Below are positions 10,222 through 20,651 of a DNA stretch of 64,000 nt, one piece after another. The notes beneath the pieces are model-generated. The model had not been told where the DNA came from. It saw only the letters and a program-made list of their open reading frames with translations, and did not search any database. The stretch lies in the NCBI GenBank assembly GCA_050014195.1, contig JBEKDT010000003.1, forward strand, positions 32,001 to 96,000. The letters run 5' to 3'. Position numbers and translations under genes: made by a program. The stretch comes from Desulfomonilia bacterium. GTDB taxonomy: Bacteria > Desulfobacterota > Desulfomonilia > UBA1062. Within the stretch, counting starts at the first letter, position 1. The number at the start of each line of letters is the position of its first letter.

Positions 10222-12570
10222 TCAGGCGATGGCAAGATGCCGGAACAGCATGACCTTCACTATGTCCAAGCAGAAGGCCAGCATGATTGCCGCGCCGAAT
10301 ACGCATGCTACGATGGTTACCGGCAAAGGCGCCATCAGGATACCCTGGGTCGCGAGCGTGCTGAAAAGCATGATGTCGAGGATGGACGACGCGATCAGCC
10401 AGGAGCCGGGTCGGGAGCTCCACAAATGTCGGCGCTCGCGCGAGACATAGAAAATCGCTTGGCCACTGTATACCAGCGTAACGACCGTCAGCGTCCGCAA
10501 AGTATTGCTGTCGAGGTCGAGGGCAAAGCGCCCGACCGCGAGACTGGCGATACAGAAGACGAGATCGCAGAACCCCAGAATGATGCCGGCGATGGTGAGG
10601 TTACCGATCCGCCAGACATTGGGGATAGACGACGCCCGAACGTTGTCGGTTGCCGACGACAGGGCGAAGAAATCGCCGGCCACCATCATCAGCACCATCA
10701 GTAACGGTGTCAGCACGGCGGTTCCGGAGATGACCAGCCCAGCCAGCAAAAAGAGCACCTGGACGACCTTGTGGACAATGGACCGAAACGTGTAGGTCAG
10801 AATTCGCTGGAACGTCGTGCGTCCTTCCTGCACGGCAGCGACGATGCCGCCGAGACCGGGTTCGGTCAGTACGATGCCGGCCGCCGATTTCGCCACATCG
10901 GTAGCGGTGAAGACGGCGATGCCCATCTGCGCCTGCCGCAATGCCGGTGCGTCATTGGCGCCGTCGCCGCACATGCCGACCACATGGCCGCCACGCTGAA
11001 ATGCCTGGACGAGCGCGTACTTGTCCTCGGGCAATACGCCGGCGAAGACGCCAAATTCTTCAGCGCGGATATCGCGGGGCAGCGGCACGGTCGCGCAGAT
11101 CGGCCCGGTGATTCCGACTGCGTCTGCAACGACGCGGGCCGTCACTGGCGCATCACCCGTCACCATCACCGTACGCACGCCAAGGCCGTGCAATTGGGCG
11201 ATAAGCGCCGCCGAATCTTCGCGCGGCGGATCGCTCAGCGCGATCACTCCGGCAATGCGCAACGGCTCGGCCGACCCCACCGCGATGACGAGAACGCGGA
11301 AACCTTTGGCCTGAAGTTCTTCGACAATCGCAGCTGCAGGAGGAGACGACTCGGCAATCGCCGCTACAACTGCGAAAGCGCCTTTGACGATCCTCATTGG
11401 GTTGCCCTTGGCATCGATTGCCGCAGCCTCCGACATCTTTCGCGTGGGATCGAAAGGCGTGAAGGTGACGAGCTTCCAACGCGCTACATTTGCCGGATGG
11501 GAAGCTGCGCGGATGGCGGCGTCCAAGGAGTCGGTCCCCCCATCGGAACTCGCCAACGCCGCCATCGCCAGGATTTGTCCCTCGTCGAACCCCGGCAGCG
11601 CGTGACAGGCGGTGACCGCGAGTTCATTGCGTGTCAGCGTTCCGGTCTTGTCTGCGCAGAGAACATCCATCCCAGCCGCTTCATCGAGCGCCGAGAGGCG
11701 CGTAGGCAATACACCGCGCTGCGCCACGGCCCGTGCCCCGACCGTCGCCGCGAGCGTGAACATCGACGGCAGTGCCACCGGAATCGAAGCCAGGATAGCA
11801 ACCAACACCAACGGCGCGATCTGCACAAGCGGCATGGCCAAATGCACGGCATAGGCGATCAACAGGAGGGTCACGCCGCCATTGAACAATGCGAGGTTGC
11901 GCACCACGCGAAAAACCGCCTTCTGCTCGGTGCTTTCGATATGGGCGGTACGGATGAGTTCGGCGCTGCGCCCGAATTTTGTGCGCACACCCGTCGCGAT
12001 GATTTCGGCCACCGCCTCGCCCCGGCGGATAAGCGCGCCGGCATAGGTCTCGAAGCCGGGTCCGGCTTCGATCGGTACGGATTCGCCGGTGAGCATCGAT
12101 TGGTCAACGAGGACAGAGCCGTCGATCAATCGAACATCGGCGGGGACTACGGCACCGAGCGACAGCTTGACCACGTCGCCCTGAACCAGTTCGGCCGCCG
12201 ATAGCGTTTTCCAAACACCATCGCGCCGCGCGGATGCGGTCACAGCCAGGCGGGATTTCAGGGCATCGAGCGTCGCTTGGGCGCGGCCCTCCTGGAAGAA
12301 TCCCAAGCCAGTATTGAACACCAAGAGAAACGCGATGGCCGAAGCTTCGACATATTCGCCGAGCGCCAATTGTAGCAGGACCGCCACCTCGAGCATCCAC
12401 GGAACCGGTGCCCACAACTTCCTCAAGGCCCGATTGATTGGATGCTGGACCACATCCTGAACGGCATTCGTTCCGTAGGCCGCAAGGCGGAGCCGAGCCT
12501 CGTCGCTCGTCAATCCTGTCGAGAGCAGGGAATCCTTAACGGAAGATTGCGGAGTGATTGGGTCATCCAT
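10222..12570 (-). CDS. Plasma-membrane-type proton-efflux P-type ATPase (P3A-like)
   Basis: DKTGTLT phosphorylation site, TGES, IPVALP, MVTGD, GDGANDAPAL; much more GC-rich than its flanks. The ORF is open to 12624. Confidence 0.9.
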   Translation of the reverse strand: MDDPITPQSSVKDSLLSTGLTSDEARLRLAAYGTNAVQDVVQHPINRALRKLWAPVPWMLEVAVLLQLALGEYVEASAIAFLLVFNTGLGFFQEGRAQATLDALKSRLAVTASARRDGVWKTLSAAELVQGDVVKLSLGAVVPADVRLIDGSVLVDQSMLTGESVPIEAGPGFETYAGALIRRGEAVAEIIATGVRTKFGRSAELIRTAHIESTEQKAVFRVVRNLALFNGGVTLLLIAYAVHLAMPLVQIAPLVLVAILASIPVALPSMFTLAATVGARAVAQRGVLPTRLSALDEAAGMDVLCADKTGTLTRNELAVTACHALPGFDEGQILAMAALASSDGGTDSLDAAIRAASHPANVARWKLVTFTPFDPTRKMSEAAAIDAKGNPMRIVKGAFAVVAAIAESSPPAAAIVEELQAKGFRVLVIAVGSAEPLRIAGVIALSDPPREDSAALIAQLHGLGVRTVMVTGDAPVTARVVADAVGITGPICATVPLPRDIRAEEFGVFAGVLPEDKYALVQAFQRGGHVVGMCGDGANDAPALRQAQMGIAVFTATDVAKSAAGIVLTEPGLGGIVAAVQEGRTTFQRILTYTFRSIVHKVVQVLFLLAGLVISGTAVLTPLLMVLMMVAGDFFALSSATDNVRASSIPNVWRIGNLTIAGIILGFCDLVFCIASLAVGRFALDLDSNTLRTLTVVTLVYSGQAIFYVSRERRHLWSSRPGSWLIASSILDIMLFSTLATQGILMAPLPVTIVACVFGAAIMLAFCLDIVKVMLFRHLAIA

Positions 12571-12637
12571 AGGGTGCAGGCCTTTAAAATACGCCTTGGC
12601 AGAGCTCGTCAAATAAAATGCCATTATTCAAACATAA

Positions 12638-12868
12638 CTTAGCTAGCAGCTTGCAGATAGATTTAAATCCCCGCTGATGTTTTGCATGGATCTTGGGATA
12701 TGCCATCTTAAGTTCATTAAACGCATCAAGGACAATTTGGGAAACAATCAATGGGGCATTCTCCTTATTATCGGCGGGAACGACGTACCAGAACGCATGG
12801 TAGATGCTTATCGTGTTGAGGCAAGTCTTATAAACCTTCATGTAATGCTTCAAGTAGTTCCTTTCGTC
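12638..12868 (-). pseudogene. ppk2: PPK2 (polyphosphate kinase 2) C-terminal remnant
   Basis: ERNYLKHYMKVYKTCL...WYVVPADNKENAPLIVSQIVLDAFNELKMAYPK matches the PPK2 C-terminus; the N-terminal P-loop part is absent. Confidence 0.75.
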
Positions 12869-13058
12869 AGTATGAGCCTTATTAATTAAGATGGTATTAG
12901 TGCCAATCAAGGGATGTGGACCTGAAATGTCTGACAGCCCCTTGACCCTATGGAAATCAAACTTATATCTATACACCTTAACTACCATTGCCAGTAGGCA
13001 GAAACTTCAACCATACCTGATAAAGGCATCGAGGGTACATTATCCTTCAACGCCAGGT

Positions 13059-13190
13059 ATGAGGAGGAGCAATGAACAAATCTCGGGATACAAAAAGGCC
13101 GGCCAGGACCGGGTTGCGGTCCGAGTCATTCGCACGGACGAAGAACAGATGATCGTGCGCTCGGTATGCAGCGTACTCGGACTTGGCATG
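13059..13190 (+). pseudogene. ackA: Acetate kinase C-terminal remnant
   Basis: N..IS....RVAVRVIRTDEEQMIVRSVCSVLGL is the AckA C-terminal motif (V.VI.TDEE.MIA). Confidence 0.7.
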
Positions 13191-13432
13191 GCCAGTGGAA
13201 AAAGGAGTTCCGACTATGCGACGAAATACATCTCCCAACTAGATACGCTTTCGGCGAGCGGTGCCCACCCATAATCAAAAGTGGGGTTATATCCTATAGC
13301 GAAGCCGCCCCCTCCGGTGCAATATGATTGTTAGCACCAGTGCAGAACTCGGTGAAACCGATTTGTCAAACACGCTGTCGTCCGGACGCAAACAGCGAAC
13401 AAAAACGAAACGCGAGGAATGAGAGGACTACG

Positions 13433-14215
13433 ATGCTAAACAAAGGTAAAACCCTAAAGGGTTACACATTGGACAGCCTTGACGGGGAAATAGGTAAGGT
13501 CAATGAATTCTACTTTGATGACCAGTACTGGACGATTCGCTATCTGGTCGCCGACACAGGAAACTGGCTTACGGGCAGGCAGGTGCTGATTTCCCCATAT
13601 GCATTGGGCGCCGTGAGTAGAGACGAGCAACACATCGCCATCGATTTAACCAAAAAGCAGATTGAGGACAGCCCTTCCTTGAACAGTGACAAGCCCGTCT
13701 CGCGACAATTCGAGGAGTTCTACTACGGGTATTATGGATGGCCGATGTATTGGGACGGCCCATACGTTTGGGGATCTTATCCCTACATTGTGCGTGACCA
13801 TGAAAAGAGGAGAGACTACACGACAGCCTACACCCAAGCTCAGAAAGCGTGGGATCCCCATTTGCGCAGCACTTACGATGTGAGTGGCCATCACATCCAA
13901 GCCTCAGACGGAGAGATTGGCCACGTCGACGATTTTATCATCGATGATGAGACGTGGGCGATTCGTTATCTAATCATCGATACACGGAACTGGTGGCCGG
14001 GGAAAAAAGTTCTGGTTTCACCACAATGGATCGAGCACGTTAGTTGGGAGGAGTCAAAAGTCTTCATCAATCTTCACCGCGAGACCATCAAGCAGTCACC
14101 GGAATACACGGAGGAGTTTCAACTGACTCGGGATTACGAGACCGGACTACATCGACATTACAATCGCAAAGGATACTGGGTCGATGAACCGACTGCCAAG
14201 GATCATCCCTATTAG
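13433..14215 (+). CDS. Tandem PRC-barrel domain protein
   Basis: Two repeats of DGEIG.V..F..DD..W.IRYL..DT.NW..G..VL.SP; GAGG RBS before ATG 13433. Confidence 0.88.
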   Translation: MLNKGKTLKGYTLDSLDGEIGKVNEFYFDDQYWTIRYLVADTGNWLTGRQVLISPYALGAVSRDEQHIAIDLTKKQIEDSPSLNSDKPVSRQFEEFYYGYYGWPMYWDGPYVWGSYPYIVRDHEKRRDYTTAYTQAQKAWDPHLRSTYDVSGHHIQASDGEIGHVDDFIIDDETWAIRYLIIDTRNWWPGKKVLVSPQWIEHVSWEESKVFINLHRETIKQSPEYTEEFQLTRDYETGLHRHYNRKGYWVDEPTAKDHPY

Positions 14216-14524
14216 GCAGCGGTGCCAGCATGGCGGCCCTGAAAGACGGACTCCCCCCAGGACACCACCATGGGGTTCTCTGCCCTGGGCGGGCTCATGA
14301 TGGGCACGAGATGCGGTGATCTTGATCCGGGCATCCTGCTCTACCTCATGGACGAGAAAGGCTATGATGCCCGTCAGCTCGAAAGGCTGCTCAACCAGCG
14401 TTCAGGGCTCATCGGGGTCTCCGGGATCAGCTCCGATATGAAAACTCTTCTGGATCAACGCACAACACAACCGCATGCCGGAGAGGCAATAGAGCTGTTC
14501 TGCTATCCAGAAACAAGCAGGTGA
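14212..14524 (+). pseudogene. ackA: Acetate kinase internal fragment (frameshifted)
   Basis: LGSGASMAALKDG, then an extra C in ctccccccag, then DTTMGFSALGGLMMGTRCGDLDPG...SGLIGVSGISSDM. Confidence 0.8.
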
Positions 14525-14566
14525 TTGTAGTCGCTTTCTTCAGCGTCTTTTCTTCCTTCGATCGGT

Positions 14567-17113
14567 TCATCGTTGCCAGAGGATTCGTGCGTTTTCCAGT
14601 GGGATCGTGGCGCCGTCATAGTGCGGTATCACTCGCGCCGTATAGTCGGCTGGTGGGCGGTCCGCAGACACAGCCGCACTGTACACGTAGTCGCCCGACG
14701 CGACGGCCAGTTGGCGAACGCGCTTCATCTCCTGCCGCACGGGAGCACTGCCCATGATGCCGTTGGCGTAGAGCTCTACCCGCACCGCCTCGGGGTCGAG
14801 GTCATCGAGATAGACCTGAATCTCAAATACGTGCTGCCCGCCGCGAGTCTCAACCTTCACTTCGCCGAAGTGCAGCGTGGCCCATTTCTGTTCCAGGCTG
14901 TGCTGCCAATCGACCATTTGTTTTCCGATTGCGCCTTTATCGGCAATGCGCACATGGTAGGCGGCAGCAGCAGGAAGGTAGTGTTGCTCGGTGTATTCGC
15001 GCACCGTGCGGCTGGCGGAGAAGCGCGGTGTCAACAGCGTCATGCTTTCCCGCATCCGCCTGACCCATGCGGTGGGAATGCCTCTCTCGTCTCGGGTATA
15101 AAACTCCGGAATCACCTCCCGCTCGAGCAGGTCGTAGAGCGCGTCGGCTTCAACAGCGTCCCAAACGGGATCGTCGCCATGCTCCCGGCCGTCCCCCAGC
15201 GCCCACCCCACCTCAGGGGTGTACGCCTCGGCCCACCAGCCGTCCAATTCCGAAAGGTTGATGCCTCCATTCACGAGCACCTTCATGCCGCTCGTGCCGC
15301 TGGCCTCCCAGAGCCGCCGTGGCGTGTTCAGCCAGACATCGACCCCCTGAACCAGGTGTTCGGTCAAATGCATGTCGTAGTCACTGAGGAAGATCACATG
15401 GGGGCGGGCCTCGGGTCGCTGAATGAAATGTGTCCATTCCTGAATCAGGGCCTGCCCAGCCTGGTCTGCCGGATGGGCCTTGCCGGCAATGATGAGTTGC
15501 ACCGGGCGCTGAGGATTGGCTAACAGGCGAAGCAGCCGCTCCGGGTTGTGGAGCAGCAGGTGCGGCCTCTTGTAGGTCGCGAATCGGCGCGCAAAGCCCA
15601 GTCTCAGTACACCAGGATCAAACAGATGCTTCGCTCTATCGACTACATCGGGCAACGCGCCGGAGACCGCCAGTTGCCGGGCCAGGCGCTCACGCGCGTA
15701 TTCAATGAGTGACGTGCGGGCATCGGTACGAAGCTGCCAGAGGCTGGTGTCGGAGGCACGGCGAATATCCTGCTCCAGGGTTTCCGTGGTTCTCAACCAA
15801 CATTCCTTTCCACAGGCCTTCGTCCAAAGATCCTCGGCTGCCTCCGAGTCCCAGCTCGGCATGTGAACTCCGTTGGTCACGTGTCCAACAGGCACTTCAT
15901 CCGCCGGCCAGCGGGGAAAAAGAGGTTCAAAGAGTTTCCGGCTGACTTTCCCATGCAAGCGGCTCACGCCATTGACTGCCCCGCTGCCTCGGATTGCCAG
16001 ATAGGCCATGTTGAAACTCTCCGACGAGTCGTTCGGGTTCTGGCGGCCCAGGGCAAGCAAGTCGTGGAGTGTCATGCAGAGCTTCTACTCGGCATAACCA
16101 CCGAGGTATTGTTCGATGAGAGCCGGAGTGAAACGATCGAAGCCGGAGTCCACAGCCGTGTGAGTGGTGAAGAGGTTGCCGGCGCGCGTGGCCGCCAGTG
16201 CTACTTCGAAGGGCTGCCCTGTCTTTTTCATGAAACTCCACGCTCGTTCCAACACAGCGAAGGCCGCATGCCCTTCATTCAGATGGCAGACTTCCGGCTG
16301 GATGCCGAGCATGGCAAGCAACCGCCATCCGCCGATCCCAAGTACCATCTCCTGCTTGAGGCGCAACTCCGGCCCACCCCCGTACAGCTCACTGGTAATG
16401 GCTCTGTGAACCGGGAGGTTCGATAGGTCATTGCTGTCGAGAAGGTAAAGCTTCACTCTGCCCACCTGAACCTGCCAGGCGCGAAGCCAGACGGGGTAAC
16501 CCGGCAAGTCAAGTTGCAGCCGCAACCAATCACCGTTCGATTCGCGCAACGGCGTGATCGGCAACTGTCCGGGGTCGTTATAAGGAAAGAGGGCCTGTTG
16601 CGCTCCGTCGTTGTCGATCACCTGGCGAAAATATCCTTGCTGGTAGAGCAGGCCCACGCCGACCACAGGAACGCCCAGATCACTGGCTGCTTTGAGCTGA
16701 TCACCGGCCACGTTGCCGAGCCCGCCTGAGTAGATTGGCAGCGCTTCGCTAAACATGAATTCCATGCTGAAATAAGCGACGCAGGTTAATGGAGATCGGG
16801 GGTATGTCTGGTGAAACCACGCATGAGCCTCCGTCGCCTGGCGTCTGGTTTGTACAAGAGCATCCACCTTCTTGCGGAAAGAAGGATCGGCTGACATGCG
16901 TTCGATCTGCTCCCGCGAGACGGTCTGCAACACGATCCACGGGTTTTGAGTAAGCTCCCACAATGCTGGATCAAGCTGTTGCCATACTTCATCGGCGTAA
17001 TGATTCCACGACCAGCGCATATCCAGGGCAAGCTCGGCAAGGGAATCGAACCCTTCGACTTCCGTGGGCAGTAAGCTGTATCTGGGGTGGATGACACGAA
17101 CTTGTTTACTCAT
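14567..17113 (-). pseudogene. glgP: Alpha-glucan (glycogen) phosphorylase interrupted by one in-frame TAG at 16085-16087
   Basis: YFSMEF, YSGGLG.VAGD, HLNEGH, ARRFATYKR, EASGTSGMK; the two ORFs share a frame and read GGYAE*KLCMTLHDLL across the stop. Confidence 0.85.
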
Positions 17114-17345
17114 GGAATCTCCTTAATCAGTTCAATCGATGATTGTTTCATTGGTATAGCAAGTAATATCTTGCCCCTCAAAGAAAGATCGCATGAACTA
17201 AAAACAAAATAAGATCAGGGAAAAGGGTGTCAAGTAGGCAGGGATTAGAAAATAACGCGCGCCGGTAATGTTTGACAACTAATTTTATTAAGATTAGCAT
17301 GAGTGGGCAAAGCTGTTGTACAGATTTCTACACCGTTATTGTCTA

Positions 17346-17459
17346 TCAAGGATTTCTTTGGGGCTGCTTATCAAGCTTGTTTTTTGACTTTTGTTTCTGT
17401 TTTTCAGCGTTCTGTTTCCGACCCTTTTCCTTATCTTTCTTGCCGCCCTTGTCTCCCAT
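17346..17459 (-). CDS. Small Lys-rich protein (37 aa)
   Basis: AGGAG RBS then MGDKGGKKDKEKGRKQNAEKQKQKSKNKLDKQPQRNP*; below the ORF-track cutoff. Confidence 0.6.
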   Translation of the reverse strand: MGDKGGKKDKEKGRKQNAEKQKQKSKNKLDKQPQRNP

Positions 17460-17549
17460 TATGTTTCTCCTTCATTATTAATTGTAATATTGCATACTTT
17501 TGAAAAACCGTTAATTCCGCTTTCAGGAAGTACATCAACCGGATGAACC

Positions 17550-17843
17550 TTATTTTTCATCACTGTCATCTAATTTTGCCCTCAAGGCAGTGGATAAGGA
17601 GAAGGTAATAGCACGCCTCGGGGAGACAGTTATTTCTTCGCCAGTCTTTGGATTACGACCTCTTCTCGCTCGCTTTTCTCTTACATGGAATTTCCCAAAA
17701 CCGGAGAAATTTACATCCTCGCACTTGCTCAGATTTGATTTGATAACCGCAAAGAAAGTTTCGACACCTTCAGATGCAGTTTTCTTATCCAGACCTGTTT
17801 TCGCGTAGATATCCTCGATAATCTCTTTTTTGGTCAGAGTCAT
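17550..17843 (-). CDS. ihfA: Integration host factor alpha-like / HU family DNA-binding protein
   Basis: MTLTKKEII...FSGFGKFHVREKRARRGRNPKTGEEI; AAGGAG RBS. Confidence 0.85.
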   Translation of the reverse strand: MTLTKKEIIEDIYAKTGLDKKTASEGVETFFAVIKSNLSKCEDVNFSGFGKFHVREKRARRGRNPKTGEEITVSPRRAITFSLSTALRAKLDDSDEK

Positions 17844-18136
17844 ACGGTCTCCTTTTAAGAATGAAATTCTCACTGTGTCTATCAGGAATATACCATGTCT
17901 CTATATTTATGGCTATATTTTCAATATGTAAGATAACATTCCATAGGTCATCTTAAAAAAAGCACCGCTGTTCGTTTTTTTGTTATTAATCAACTAAGCA
18001 TGAAAGGCTAATTTCGGAGGGTTGTGAAGAGTCTATGTATGGTTAATGGAGGGTTGTGTTTTAAATGAAAGAACCGTTGTCTGGCCAATACCTAAACCAC
18101 CTCCGGTGACGATAGCTACTCTATCTTTAAACTATC

Positions 18137-18742
18137 TCATGGGTAGCTCTGACCTGTAGGGCGGATCATAATTTCGTTAACGTTGACATGCGGCGGCAAT
18201 GTGAGCAGCCAATGAATACCGTCGGCAATGGCCTTGGGCTCAAGTAGTTTGCCGAATTGGGCTATACCTTTCCCGAAATTCTCTTCGTTGTAGCCGGCCA
18301 CTTCCTGGAATTCACTGAGAACAATCCCGGGCATGACTATGGAAACACGCACACCATGCTGACATACTTCACGGCGAAAACCTTCTGCAATGGCTCCAAT
18401 GGCGAATTTGGTCGAACCGTAAAACCCGCTGAAGGGAGAGACATTCCTTCCAGCAACCGAACCTAAAACGACGATGTCATACTTGTGTCCACCATCATCC
18501 CAGTCCAAAGTGCTATCCAGAAGCAGATCGATTTCAGATTGATTACTTGCATCACCTGCCACAACAAGGGCCTTGCCACCCAAGGCCGCGATCTCTAAAG
18601 CCAGTTCGTCCAGTCTGTCCTGACGCCGGGCATGCATCACAACCGATGCACCTGCCTTTGCCAGAGTCAGGGCTGTTGCACGCCCAATACCGGAACTGGC
18701 CCCGGTTATGATGGCCGTCTTTTGTGCAAGAAGGTTTTCCAT
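18137..18742 (-). pseudogene. SDR oxidoreductase with an apparent internal in-frame deletion
   Basis: TGASSGIG and YGSTK are present, but the NAG motif and helix between KYDIVV and LGSVAG are missing; 201 aa. Confidence 0.65.
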
Positions 18743-18969
18743 TATTGGGTCTCCTTTCTCAAAATCATCAATTAATATAGAATTGCCGTTCGTTTTTCTG
18801 TAAGTCAACCCAACCCAATACCTCCTCACTCTATATATATTAATTCCTGAAGACCAACCATATCTTGAATTCACTCAGAGAAGAGGGACCACCATGTACA
18901 AGTATTAGTAGTGTGGGGTCACCCAATTAAAATACTTAAATCATAGCTTTTGTGCCAAGGCCAATAGAT

Positions 18970-19250
18970 ATTCCAGAGCATAGATTTATTTTGATAATCA
19001 TCGAAAAAGAGGAGCACGGAAAAGTGAAGATTACATACCATATGACACGCACTGGTATGACGTGAGGGGCTTCGTAGGTTTCAACGCAAGATCATCAGTT
19101 TTCAGGTATTTCAAAACCAAGATGAAATCGTAGAAATCACCCATGGACGGGTCTTCCAGCTCGAGCAATGAAAGATTATTATACGGTTATACATCATTCC
19201 CTTTACCTAAACTGTTGGAGATCCCTTGAGGCGGGAGTCATTCCAATAGT
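18970..19250 (-). repeat. Dispersed element, copy E (longest), directly upstream of the ankyrin gene
   Basis: Reverse complement aligns with 2551-2790, 3630-3766 and 10004-10042; 18970-19041 is directly repeated at 20212-20277. Confidence 0.85.
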
Positions 19251-19262
19251 AGGAGAACTAAA

Positions 19263-20123
19263 ATGATTCGGTTACGGAAACACATGCAGGTTTTGGGCAT
19301 ACTGCTGGCTTTGGTATGCGCCTCAACAAGCACTTGGGCCCTTGCAGAAGTGAGCGATCTCTTCAAGGCGGCCTACGATGGTGATCTTTACCAAGTCAAG
19401 GCGTTGATCTCTGCCAAGGCCGATGTGAACGCTAAGATAGGCGACGGTGCCACCGCGTTGATGGCGGCATCGCAGAATGGCCACCTGGAGGTGGTGCAGG
19501 CGTTGATAACTGCCAAGGCCGATGTAAACGCTAAGGCTGCCAATGGCGACACTGCGTTGATACTGGCGTCGCAGCAAGGCCACCAGGAGGTGGTGCAGGC
19601 ACTTATCGATGCCAAGGCCGATGTAAACGCTAAGAAGGGCTATGGCAGTACGGCGTTAATGATGGCGTCGTTGGAGGGCCACCAAGGAGTGGTACAGGAG
19701 CTTATTTCTGCCAAGGCCGATGTGAACGCGAAGGCGGACGATGGCAGTACGGCGTTGATGGCTGCGTCGCTGGAGGGTAACCAAGGAGTGGTACAGGAGC
19801 TTATTGCTGCCAAGGCCGATGTGAACGCGAAGGCGGACGATGGCAGTACGGCGTTGATGATTGCGTCACTGGAGGGTCACCAGGTGGTGGTGCAAGCACT
19901 TATCATTGCCAAGGCCGATGTGAACGCCAAGACGGCTGAAGGTTACACGGCGTTGATAGTGGCATCTGAGAAGGGAAACCAGGGAGTGGTGAGACTGCTT
20001 ATTGCTGCCAAGGTCGATGTGAATGCCAAGACGGGCGATGGCACCACTGCGTTGATGATGGCGTCGCAGCAGGGCCACCAGGAGGTGGTGCAACTTCTCA
20101 AGAAGGCGGGCGCTGTTAAATAG
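19263..20123 (+). CDS. Secreted ankyrin-repeat protein (about 8 repeats)
   Basis: N-terminal signal peptide; 33-aa G.TALM.AS..GH..VVQ.LI.AKADVNAK repeats; gccaaggccgatgt recurs every 99 nt. Confidence 0.92.
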   Translation: MIRLRKHMQVLGILLALVCASTSTWALAEVSDLFKAAYDGDLYQVKALISAKADVNAKIGDGATALMAASQNGHLEVVQALITAKADVNAKAANGDTALILASQQGHQEVVQALIDAKADVNAKKGYGSTALMMASLEGHQGVVQELISAKADVNAKADDGSTALMAASLEGNQGVVQELIAAKADVNAKADDGSTALMIASLEGHQVVVQALIIAKADVNAKTAEGYTALIVASEKGNQGVVRLLIAAKVDVNAKTGDGTTALMMASQQGHQEVVQLLKKAGAVK

Positions 20124-20211
20124 CAAAGTATAGGGTCGCCCATTAAAGGTTCCTGTTTAATGCTGGCTCATCTGAAGATTTATGTGATAAATTTATGAGT
20201 GCTATCTCAGG

Positions 20212-20349
20212 ATTCCAACCATAGATTTGATAATCATCGAAAAAGATGGGCATGGAAAAGCATAGATCACATACCATTTATTACGATTAGCCCAGATTGA
20301 AGATTTCTTCGAATGACCAATTTTGAGTATACCCAAAAACTGATGATCT
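20212..20349. repeat. Dispersed element, copy F (rearranged)
   Basis: catagatttgataatcatcgaaaaaga..gca.ggaaaag...agat.acataccat equals 18979-19041; 20321-20349 is the inverted counterpart of 19089-19116. Confidence 0.75.
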
Positions 20350-20651
20350 CAAAACAAGATCTGCACAAATCATTATCCTTTTAGGGGAATACAAGGGCAA
20401 TTGTCAGATCTTATGTTAACTTTAGTGCTACTTCTGTATGATCAGATCTTAACTATTGCACCTAACGACTTAATAGGTATTTCCGTTTGCTGCTTGGTTT
20501 CCAGACGGTATTTCATTTTTTCAAGTATTACCGTTTGTACTCTCGCATGGTGATCGAAAGCAGTCAATCATTGACTTCAGGAAGAAACTGACCGTTGATG
20601 TTAAGGCCTACATTCTTACCCCGGGACAACGCCACATGTGCCTCGTTTGAT

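Noticed and set aside
10771-12204. 477-aa plus-strand ORF, and similar long ORFs at 14573-15523, 26858-27814, 32633-33775, 57082-58317, 59629-60573 and 60844-61848
   Set aside because: Antisense shadows of GC-rich genes that have clear family motifs on the other strand
19400-20100. Regular 99-nt repeats as a CRISPR array (also about 47690-48230)
   Set aside because: They are in-frame ankyrin and Sel1/TPR coding repeats with no unique spacers, and there are no cas genes
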